From: Podarcis filfolensis
Taxonomy: Eukaryota
Assembly: GCA_964270895.1 (NCBI GenBank)
Contig: OZ185440.1
Direction: 5' to 3' (one strand)
Length of the DNA: 64,000 nucleotides
In this document: positions 45,397-57,100 of the stretch, piece after piece
How the letters are laid out: every line of letters starts with the position of its first letter
How positions within the stretch are numbered: position 1 is the stretch's first letter
Made by a program: the position numbers and the translations under genes
The notes under the pieces: model-generated
What the model saw: the letters and a program-made list of their open reading frames with translations, nothing else
Database searches by the model: none
Told to the model about the DNA's origin: nothing

Positions 45397-45799
45397 TATC
45401 CTCTCCTGCCACCCTCAACATTCCCATATATGACACATGTAGTGTATTACAAACAGCAGCACTTCCATACTATCCTATCAAGAACGCCGTATTCTATTGA
45501 TACATCATGTAAGTGCTATTGTTTCAGCAGGCAAATTGTCCATGTGGAAATGATTCATGGCACACCCTTCTTCTACTGAAAGGCGAACGGTTCCAGCCGT
45601 TCCTCCTTTTTCTTGTCTGTGTGAGCGGCCAAACAAGAGCATTTTGCTTTCACAGAATTTTGTTTGAGTTCTGCTTTCTAACACATGGACAGGTAGGATT
45701 CACTCCCACAGAGTTGTGGTCTTTTGGAGCTCCTGCCAGGGTAACTACAGGTTTATCCGCTAACTGGCAAATAAAACAAGACAGCAAAACGAACATGTA

Positions 45800-47280
45800 G
45801 GAAACCCGATTATTCAAATTTATTAACATCAAGAATTATGCAATGATGCTGTAGATTTTTATTAACAAATAGAAAACAGACTGTATACAACAGTGACCCC
45901 TACAGCACTATGCTTTCACAAGGTAAAAATGAATGTTCTCTCCAACATCACCAACCCAGGATTGTTGATTTCAATGTAATTTGAATACATTGGATAATAT
46001 AGTTAGAGACCTTTCCACCACCTTTATTTATAGAACTATGCACCTGGGAGAAGGCTGTAATCTCCCTGCCTTTAGTGCAAGTGAGAGAGAATAAGGAGTA
46101 TTAATATATAGTACCGTTAAATTAAGTCCAGTAGCCTTGCCACATTGGTTAATTAGACCATCCTGTCATAGTGAAAAATACAGCATTCTAATGACTTTTA
46201 AATGTGGTACAGGATAGCAGAAATTATAGTTACACTCAGCCTCTGAGAACTGAATTCCTTACCTGAAGAATCCCACCCCTCCCTCCCTAATAGCCAAGGC
46301 ACCCCCATGCCGGGGTTGTTTGTGCAGGAAGGCTTGACTTCCCAGAGTTGTGCTCTTTCACCTTGGAAGGTGCTCCAATGCACTTGGTTGGCCACAGTTG
46401 CCTAGGCAACAGCACCTCAGGATGCTACTGGCACAGAAAGAACTAAATAAATGTGTCGGTCAGGTCCCTTTTGGGAACTTGGTTTTCGTGCAGCAAGGAT
46501 GCCACATTTCCCCCCCATCTTAACAAGAGAATCCCAAGCAGTGGGTCTCTCCATCAAATGGAAAGTTCATAAGGGATCTGCTGACAAATATGAGGTCACT
46601 GGACACATGTCAATAGGACCAAGCATCTAATAGCTGCTGGAGTCCCACCTGACAGACAGGCTTGTGAATAAAAGGCTTTAGAAATAAGCATTAAGTTGGC
46701 TCCAGCTCTGTGAAATTGAATATTCTACAAAGGACTGAAGAGGGAGTGGAAGGGTCCCAGAGCTGTGAGCCAGCCACTAATATTAACCTGGGGCTGCCCG
46801 AAAATGGGCAGCACCACCTTGATTGAGACAACAAAAGAGTTAAGGGCGGGGGAAGCAAAAGGAAATTCAAACCCCACCACCTCCATTCTTCTGTTTTGCT
46901 TGAGCAAAACATTAAGACTTGCAAAAGAATTTAAAAAAGAAAAGATATAAAAGACTAAGTTTAACTATTTTACATATATAAAAGATCCCATTCCATCCAC
47001 CCAGTGACTCTCACCATGAAATGCTGTCAAGGGGAGGAGGAGGAGTGGGGGCATTAACAGAAATTCATCTGGAAATTGGAAACGCTAGAAGCTGGTCCCA
47101 CCTTTGGCGCTGTGGCAATGAACCCAAATACTGTGGTCAGAACTGGCTGGTCATGGGGAGGCTTGATGCTGCAACAACAGCAGCAGCATCTGCACAGAAG
47201 GACTAACAAATGGGCGGCTGGCTGGGAAGAACCCGTCTCTGCTCTTGGACATTCCCGCTGCAACTGGCTGAAAGCGCTAG
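45800..47280 (-). other. PTPRF: PTPRF 3' UTR (end approximate)
   Basis: Repeat-free stretch after the stop codon, ending at clustered AATAAA signals. Confidence 0.7.
45819..45863 (-). terminator. Tandem polyadenylation signals of PTPRF
   Basis: AATAAA on the minus strand at 45863-45858 and 45824-45819, with U/GU-rich sequence downstream; a third AATAAA at 46028-46023. Confidence 0.7.
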
Positions 47281-47349
47281 TTACGTTGCATAGTGATCGA
47301 AGCTGCCAAGGTACTCCAGTGCAGCCCTGTAGCACAGCTGATACTGGTC
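47281..47349 (-). CDS. PTPRF: PTPRF last coding exon ([22 protein letters not shown])
   Basis: cag acceptor, TAA at 47283-47281. Confidence 0.95.
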   Translation of the reverse strand, partial: DQYQLCYRAALEYLGSFDHYAT

Positions 47350-50300
47350 CTGGGGAAGAAGGAAGAGAATGGGATAAGCAAAAAGCCTCTAAAGGAGACC
47401 ACCACTTCTATCACATCACAGTGCAAATACCTGCAAGCGGACTCCTTCACCACCTCACTCTAAAAGAGGCAACTGGCTAGCACCAAGCCCTGCATCTGAT
47501 GTAAAGAGGGGCCATTTTGCTCAGATTAGTACAGTAAGCTTAGATTGGGAGTGAAGTGCCAGTTAAACTGCAGGTGGGAGAGCAGCAAGCTGACTGTATG
47601 GGAAACCCAAGTACTGAATTTTTAGCAATGTAATTTACTCTCATGGTGCACCAGTAAAATATGTCCTATATAAAAAGGAGGATGAATTATGGATTTCTGC
47701 TCTCCGTCTCACGACCCATCCAACCACTGGTTCTGATATCCTTGCACTACACAAAGAACAGCACAGAATCACAGGTCGCATTGATCAGGTGAAAGAGAGG
47801 CCAATCCAAGCTGCCATCAAGTTAGACCAGAAAACAGCATGGGTTCTAACCAGAGGATAGCCACTGGCCATGTGTAATCCTTTGCAAATGCTTGCTGGCA
47901 CTGTTCTTTTGCACAGTATAACCATGACTACCTTTTGGGACTAACCCAGAGTGGGGGTTTAACTCATGGTGAGAAATCTTGGCTGGAAGGCGCTCTGATG
48001 TGGCTTCATCAGTCTTGACCGATCTAACTGTCTCACCTTTTTAAAGCCTTTTACAGGCTTCAGAAGATGCTGTAGATACTAGTTGTGCCAGTCATAGCTT
48101 AGCGTAATGCTGGTGGTCAACAAAAGAGGTTTAAAGACTGTCTCAAGGCAAATCTAAAAAAATGTAGTATAAACACCAACAATTGGGAAACACTTGCCTG
48201 CAAGCACTCCAATTGGAGAACAGCCTTTACCAAAGGTGTCATGGGCTTTGAAGACACGCGAACTCAGGATGCAAGGGAGAAATGTGCTAAGAGGAAGGCA
48301 TGCTTGGCAAATCCACACCGTGATCAACTCCCACCCAGAAACCAATGTCCCCACTGTGGAAGGACGTGTGGATCCAGAATTGGCCTCCACAGTCACTTAC
48401 GGACTCTTTGTTAAAACTGTGTTTATGGAAGACAATCTTACTCGGCTATGAGTGATCGCCAAAGGAGAAGATTGTATATACCCTATATATCTCATAGAAC
48501 ACATCAATATGGGAATGGGGGCAAGATTGGTGGCTGCTTGATGTGATTTATATGGAATATGCCTACTTACAGAGAAAGTTACATCCCTTTTCCATACTGA
48601 AAGCAAGTGAAAGCAAAGTTTTGGTCCTAAATGCTTGCCCCCAGTCCTCTGTGCAGCAGCAAGCATGTGGCTGGTGGTTTACCTCTGTTTGCACCATGGC
48701 TGGTCGTTGTGTCCTCAAGGTCTTCACAGTCTGGAACATGTCAACTACGCCCTCATAGCGCATGCGCTCCAGTACAATGCTTAATGTGATGAACACCCCT
48801 GTGCGTCCGACCCCCGCACTGCACATAAGGAAGAGAGAAAGAGACACAGTGAAAGGGAACTGAAGCATCAAAAGATCACAAAGATCAAAAGAAGCTCTCC
48901 CAAAAGCTAAAAAGTCTCTCTACAAGTGCCACAATGTTTTTGTGTGCTCAAAACTACAAAGCAGAGATTTCCCCTGCCTTTTACCAAGGAAATGGCTTCT
49001 ATACCTAGAAAGGTGAGACCATCTCTGCAGTAGTAATCTAGCTTTCCCTGATGACCCCAGCCTCCTCACCACTGGCACACAGCACCTAGCCAGCTTCCAT
49101 GGACAAGCAAACAGCAGAGCTTACCTGCAGTGTACAGTGATGGGCCCATCCTGGCCAAACTGCTCCTTGGTTTTATGAACTTGCCCAATGAAGTCAATGA
49201 AGCCCTCTCCAGTTTTTGGTACTCCCTGCTCAGGCCAGTCCGTGAACTGGAACTGCCGGATGGTTCTTGACTGTCCATCCTAGTTGTGGTTAAAGGGAGA
49301 TATAGTCACTGCATCCTCTCAAAACACACGGCAGCCTTCATGGTCAGGCCTTTCCTACTGGTGCCAGAAAAGCCTTGAGGAGGGGAGGCCCAGCCGACCT
49401 AAGCAGATTTCTTTTGCCCCTTAGTGAGTATTTTGTTTTATATAGCAGGGTGTAGTAGATATAAACACAACTGAAATCCTTGCTTCTGCTTTCCAGCTGT
49501 CTCAGCCACTTGACACACAGTAACACCAATGCAGAGGGTGATAAAGCAATGGACAATCAGATGCACGTTGAAGATAAAGCCCTTCTGTCCTGTGCTACTT
49601 GCAATTTCTGAGCAGTAATGGGAAGTAAATATTGGGGAATTCAGGGTAGGCTGTGCAGTACTCACCCTGGCATCAGTGACCTTGAACTCACGCAGAATGT
49701 ACTGGGGCATGTTGTATTCAGCCATGGGATCCACCACAAAGTACTGGTACCGAGCAGAACGCTCTGCTGGCCAGTACTGGTGGCATTTCTCCTGAAAAGC
49801 AAAGGAAGAGTCAGAATTGTTACAGTCAAAATGTGTGATGTGACTGAAGCTTGAATATTTTAGAGTGAGGTGCCTTTTGACATCTTGTCCTGTTGGGTAG
49901 TACAATACCCACACAACTCCATGCTCTAATATGCGCAGCAAGACACTGATCTATTTCTTCCCTCCTGCCATGATATGATTGATTAGACTCCCCTTGCTCC
50001 TGCACGCCTCCATTTCCCATGACTTCCTGATTAGCAATCAGCCTGCTCTTCCATGCCAAGTTACTAGGTAGAAAACCTCAGTTCTAGCCCAAATGCCCCT
50101 TTTTTGCTGGCTCTGGGCAAAGCAAGAAACCTGAAGCTGCTAGCTCCTCTTAAAGTTTGAGTGGGCCAGGGGGATCAAGTACATTGATGGTTGCAGAGGA
50201 TACTTGTTCACCAACTGGGTCCCAGCAGAGCTAGTCAGCCATGTAGCTGGAGATGGACGACTCCTGCAGATTGCGTGCTTATTGAGCATACGTTCTGATT

Positions 50301-53300
50301 TATTTAAATAAAGCTGACAAAGTGGTTATACAATGTTCACTGTTTATTCAGCAATCACCTGATTTGTTTGTGGAGAGGTTATTTGACTTCGTGTGAATCA
50401 TTTGTTATATTTCTGGTGCATTTTCCCATCACCACAAAAAAGTCATTTTTGTTGTTGTGCAAGAGTTTTAATTCACTTCACTAGCACAAACCTAAATTTA
50501 CTCGTATGCAACTGAATCCCTCCCACAAAACAGTTACAGTTTGAAGACTTCAGTGCAATGAGTTTCACCTTTAGCAGTGACTGCAGTCCCCTCTAGCATT
50601 AGGAGAATGAAAGCAAAATATTTGCTCCCAAGACCGGGCCGTACACCTGGAATCTCACTGGAGAAACAGCCCCAGAATAGACATCACTTGGTAGCTGAGG
50701 GTGCTAGCTTACCCGCCCCATCTCTCGCAATTTGGTCAGCATCACCACAATGGTAGAGTTGTGCTCCCACAGCATCCTCCAGAAATCCTCTGTAGTTTCA
50801 GCAAGGGGTCCCTGTGTGGCAATGTAGGCCTTTTGCTGCCTGCAAGGAATCAAACATTTCAGAGTGGTAGATGACTGACACTTCTGGGATGGGAAGGAGA
50901 TGCTTAGCAGTTAGGTCTAGAGAACGAGATAAAGGGCTTGCTGGGGGAGGAGAGGAGGACTTGTGCCACACATCTGGATCTCTGATAGCATCTAGCTGCT
51001 TCCTTCTGCAGTCCTTGCCCACAACCACCTGTTCCACTATGAGATCAATAAGGCTATCAGAGGTCCCTTGATGAAAGTAGAGTATTAACACAAAGGTACT
51101 AAGAAACTGCGGGAGGCAGTGGAAGACATAAGTGCCTGGCATGCTCTGGTCCATGGGGTCACGAAGAGTCGGACACGACTAAACGACTAAACAACAACTA
51201 AGAAATTAGCCAAATTTACTCAATGTGAGAAGGGGCATATTATATAAGTTGGAGTAACTAATGTTATTACACCAGTTGGATCTTCTAAAATGCACATGTG
51301 GGGTGAAATATAATACCAGAGTAGTGCTACAACTCTACAATAAGCTTTTTGTAAAATTGTGTGAGTTCCTTTGAGGTGTGCAGGAAACACAGTATGCGTG
51401 TTGTACATGACCCCAAAGGGTGGAATTTCTGTCACTGCAAAACTCTAGCTACATTGCTGACTTCACAGAAATTAGACAGTAGTTAGCAAATACATACACA
51501 GACCCCGACATATGCTACCAGTGAAGACAATGAATCCTGTTTCCCCAGTGATATGTAGGAAAATAAGTCAGAAAATTGAAAAGAGAATCTGTGCCATCTG
51601 TATTCTACCACTATGGGGCACTACAGATCCTTGAATGTAGTCTTAGGTTCTCAGCCTTATCCACTCTCATTTAATCTCTCCACTGGTGCTAAAAATTAAT
51701 GAATCTGTTGTAGGACAGCTGTAATGTGTGGGACAGAGATGGAAGCTGTTCCAAGGTGGATTTATAAGACATCATAAAAGGCAGGAGTGGGGCGGGGGGA
51801 GGTGAGGTGGCAGAAACAAAGGCGCTAATAAAGATGCAGCTTCAGAGCCGTCTGTAGCTCCTTGGGCCAATTGATCTCTTTAGATAAAGTGGAGAACGAT
51901 TGCTCACTTCAAAGGGAAGGACGGGAAGAGATAAACAGGGGCCTGCAGGGACGGTTTAGGTAGGACATGAAATGCTACCACCTGCTGCTTTGGCACACAT
52001 TTTTGCCAGCGCCCCCCTCCCAACCTTAGCAGCTCTCTTGCAGCACCAGACACATGGAGGTGGCGGCTCTAAACACACTCTGGGCACTTGAAATCTGAAG
52101 CAGATAAGTGGCCAGGACCTCATCTGCTCTTCTGTTTCCAGCACAGCAGCCTAGAGGCCTGGCATCAGGCTCCTGTTTTGCACTGAAAAGCCTCCCCATG
52201 TTGCTGGACCTCTGCCACTCAAATGCTCTCCTAAGATACCTTTTGCACTACCAATTCACAGCTGTTTTTGTAGCCTCATGGGGTGTCTCAGAGATGGGGG
52301 CAGGGAGTAAGTTATAGGACAATGCTTCCTTTGCCCCCATGCAGAAGGTGCAGCCCTCCTCAAGGATCCCTAAGTCCATTTTGGAGGCAGATTTGCTCTT
52401 CCCACTGTTTCTTTGCTTTCAAGTGACAGGATGCATTTCAGTTGCTGTTACTGCAGCACTGTGAACAACTTTGCAAGACAATCCCATTGTGGGAGGTGAA
52501 CTGTACAGTTGGTTACCAGCAGTATCTTGGCTAATGAAAAGCTGAGGATGCAGGAGCCAGTACCTGTCACCCCCAGGCTAATAAAGCCTGAGAGGGAAAA
52601 GGTAACTTCTATCAGGATCCCAGGCTCTGGGGAATAGGCAGCTTGAAAAAAGCCCCATGTTTGCTAATGAAAGGCTACTGTCTGTGCTCTTATTGAAAGA
52701 CAGAGCTGTTCAGCTTACATTCAAATTTAAAAGTAATTTATATACTATAAATATATTTATAATTAAATATTGAACATAACTATTTTAGCAATTTATTAGA
52801 TTTCAGATGATAATTCTAAGATGCCTATTTAAGGATGTAAGCTTCAGTTTAAAATTATTTTAATGTATTAATGAAATGTTGAAATATTTAGGATGTGGTT
52901 AATGTTATGATTTCTACTGATACCGTATAATAGCATCAATTTTTTTTGAAGAAAAAAAAAGAAAAAAAAAAAGAACACACAGAAGCAGCAGCACAGCAAC
53001 ATCACAGGAGGAGATTTTAAACTCTGTTTAGATTGACTACATTACCTATAGCCATCTACAAAGCTGGCATTGATGTAATCTGAGCCCTCGACGCCTCGGA
53101 TTGGCTGCAGGCAAACCCGTGTCAGCTCATAGGGCATAATATTCACCAGGCGGTTTTTGAATTTGTTGCAGGGGAGGTTGGCACTGATGAATCGTGAGGT
53201 ATGTGCTTTAGAGTTGGCGAGGAGCTGTTAGGGGAGAAGTACAGATTAGAGGGGGACAGGGGCACACAGAAGTTGTAACTACTCTGGGAGGAGCAGCTCC

Positions 53301-54107
53301 CATATGATGTACACACATTTATTCACTCTGCCACATAGAATAATGACGGAGGCAACAAAAGATGCAGGAAGCTGGGCTAAAGCAGCCCCTCTGCCCAGAT
53401 GAAATATAGGGGGCATTCCAGCAGCCTTGAAAAGGAAGAAAATTCCTGCCTACCCTGGCAAAGGTCCTGAGGAGGCAAGACCCTGGGAGGATGTCTTTTC
53501 AGCCAAAGCAGGGTCATTTTGCCCATGATGCAGAGACAAGCTCAGCAAGGATCTATAGCCAGTCACAACTCCATGATGAGCGTACCCTGTTCTTCAAGTT
53601 CACACTAAACATCTTACATGTACACCTAAAAACATAGGCCCGTGTGTGTGTGTGTGTGTCTTAGATAGGCACTTAGGGTCACTCTATAGTATTCTTCCCC
53701 TGGGAGCTCTTGTTATTTGCTTTTACTCATTAGCACCTTACTAACACTCATTCTAACATCATTCCTGACCTGCTTAGAAGCATGTACCTTGCTCTTCTGA
53801 GCAACCCTTGCCTTCTGTCTCATGCGGGGGACTTCTGGCCCATGGCTGAAATATCCTATACTTAGAGGGAGCCTCAGCACAGGACATTGCAGAGAATACC
53901 AAAATTTGTGAGATTGGTATTTTAAGACGTTTGTTAGCACTCATCAGGACCCAAACCTCTGAAGAAGAAGGGGAGTGGGACTCTCTGGTGGTTTTTAACA
54001 CAACTGGGTTAAACTCTACAGCTCCCTATCTTCAGAGGCTGCTTCTTAGAAAACATCCAGCTCAAGGGGACTTTAATATTGGGACACCCCCTCCTCTAGG
54101 ACCTTGC

Positions 54108-54172
<65 letters not shown>

Positions 54173-57100
54173 GAAACTCAGGTTGAGCCCAGCAGTGTCT
54201 CCCATTCATTAGACCTACTCAGAAGGAGAAAGCAAGCCCCATGTATACTTCTAAGCCGCTCTAGGAAGAGCTGCGACCAACAGGTCCTCTATAAATGCCA
54301 CCCATTCCCAGCTGCTCAGTGCTAATTCCACAGCTCCAGGAGATAAGCCCTTGTTTAGCCTAGTGGCTTCATCTCCTTGCAGGACAGCTTCCTTGCTTGG
54401 CAGGAAAAGGACCATTTTTTACATTCTCTACCAGAAAGAGTTAGGGGACCCTTTATGGATGTGCTGCCCAGTTTCTTTCTAATTGTATGAGGACTTAGGA
54501 ATCTGTTTTGCTCCATGTAACTCACTTTCCACTCCTTTCCCCCTTTATTCTTACTGCAGCTCTACCCATCCACTTCTTTCACTCCGTGGCTCCTGCTCTG
54601 ATGTATGGCATGGCACATACAACCAAGTTGCTTTCAGAAACAGGGCTGCAATCTGAGCTGCTGACATCTGTTGAGGTCTACTACTGACTGCCAGAGGCCT
54701 GTTGTTCCTCCTCATTATCGCTGCCTACTTGCCTCCACTTTCCAGGCAATAAGCATCAGCAGTAAGAAGCAGACGCTGCCACCTGCTTCCATGTCTGCCT
54801 TTCCCTTTGGTTGGCACTGGGAGCAGGCTAGGCCTAGTTCCCACTACTACTGAGTAACAGCTGTTCACTCTCCTCACCAGTATCAATTCAACCAGTCTCC
54901 TCTATCATCTCTCTTGGGAGTGGTGGCGGCTGCAAGGAAGAGCAGCATCCACTGCCACCTGCTTGCCCCTTGGCTCTTCTGGAGTGAGTAAGCAAGCGGC
55001 AGTAACTCCTCCTCTTCTCATTGCGAGGCTGTTACCACTCTGCTCACTCACCCGCAGAGGACAGCAAGCCAGTGGTGGGCAAAGCAAGCCATCTAGCAAG
55101 TAGTGACAGCACCTGCTCTTGCTTGCTGCCATTACCTCTCTCACGTTCATTGAGCAGTGATGTCAGAATCCAGGAGCAGCAGCATGGCACCCCCCACTTG
55201 TTCACTTCTCCTTTGGGGAAGTATTGGGGATTGGGAATAGGTGCAGGTGGAGGTGAGAGCCTTGTCCAATCCCCACCCCAAAAAAACCTCCAGTGTGAGC
55301 AGTATTCAGAGTAAAGAGGCAATGCTGCTTTGCTTTGTGCCGTTTCCACAGCAAGTCAATATTTTGACTCCATGGCTGCTGTTTTGCAAGAGGCTATTCC
55401 CAGGGTAGAGTGGGGCTTCCGCAGTCTGTTTCACACTCTACATGCTTCACTGCTTCCCCACAGGAACTATTCCTCCCCCCCCCCCCCGCCCAGCCTTTGC
55501 TGTACAAATGCACATCATTGGAGAATGTGGGCATTAGCAAAAAATTGCAGCCTGTATCAAGGCTGTAAGAAAAAATTGGTGTGAAGCCGACACAAGTGTG
55601 GGTGTTGGTGCTGGCAAGCAAAGACAATTGTGACAACCAGGGGACTTTACTTCCTTAAATTGCACCAGGCAATATGCCAGCTAAGCCCGACAGTGGCCCT
55701 CCCTCTCTCCTCCTCCATACTAGGGAGAAGTACAAGTGGAGCAAGGCAGGGGGCACTGGAGCTGTTGACATCTCAAGTATTTAAACTAGAAGCATTTCCA
55801 GCGAAGTTGTTCATAGTGACATCAATTACCACTAATGCCCAATCTGCATCTGATTTTGGATGCAGCTCCAGCCACTCTGCAAAGCAATGTTGCTGAGAAC
55901 TTCATATCAATCTGCTTTTTTATATCCTTGCCAGAAGCTGCCATTCTAGGAGGGAAATGTCGAGGACACTCACTCTGCAATGCAAATATATTTTAATCAC
56001 TTCCTACCTGGTTTAGAAATTTACAAAAGAATCATTATCCCTAGAAAATCTCCCTTCAACCCAAGACTCAACTCTTCATAGTTGCTCACAGATCTGTGGG
56101 GGATGACAGGCAGGGGTGCCAGTTCCAGCTGAGCAGCCCCTTGATCACTCTGTGTGTTGACATGTGGAAAAATTGCAAATGCTCTTCTGCTCACCTTAAA
56201 CTCCAGTTCCATTGCTGTGACACTCTCACCCGGAGGTACCTGACTCAGCTTCTGGATGTGAGCAAAGAGGTTGCGTGCAGGCACCTCAGTGTTTCCACAG
56301 GTGGCTGCTTCAAGCAAGGCCTCGTGGATGAAGATATACTGATCCTCAGTCTGCACCATATAGTTTCTTTGTGAGCGCATGCATGTCACATGCCCATAGA
56401 TGTCCACTGTCTTCTCATGCTTCATCCTCTCAAGCATGGCATCGATTACAATGAAGCAGCCTGTCCTGCCCACACCGGCGCTGTAAAAGCATGGCACAAA
56501 AACATGAAATAGTACTTCCTTCAGAGTCAGTTCTAAGCCTTCACCAAGCCCTGTCCCAACCCACCGCATACTGCAGGGACTGATAATCCTCAAGTTCACA
56601 CTTTTTCCGAAGAACCCTCAGAGAGGCAGGTTAACGCACCGGAATAGAGCAAATGGAATGAGGAATCTGCACTATGGTCTCTCTGCCCCCACCCTGTGCA
56701 CACTTTCTGAGTAATGTTCCTTCTTACAAAACCAGCAAACCCAAATCTTTCTTGGTGGAGGCTTTTTGAAGTGTATAACTTGGTCCTGCTCCCAGTGCAC
56801 AAACCAGCACAACCAAAAACATGCCAACAAACAACAAATGTGATGTCTGACAGCTAAGAATTCTACAGCAGGACATCTCCTTGCCGCTGCTCATGTCAAA
56901 TTCCTAACAGGGTTTTAATAGGGAGAGAGCGTGTGTTAATTATACACCACTCCCATCTGAACCAGAGCATGAAGGGAGAGCATTAAATACCGTTTCTAAG
57001 GAGTTCGTGAGAGCTGCAGTGATGAAGTGGTTTGTTCAGTAATAGTTCCCACTCAGCTACAAGAGATAAATCACTGGCCAGATAAGATGCTGATTCCTAG

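Noticed and set aside
54600-55330. GC-richer block in a PTPRF intron with several short ORFs
   Set aside because: No termini, TSD or domain recognised; probably a decayed repeat, but unsupported.
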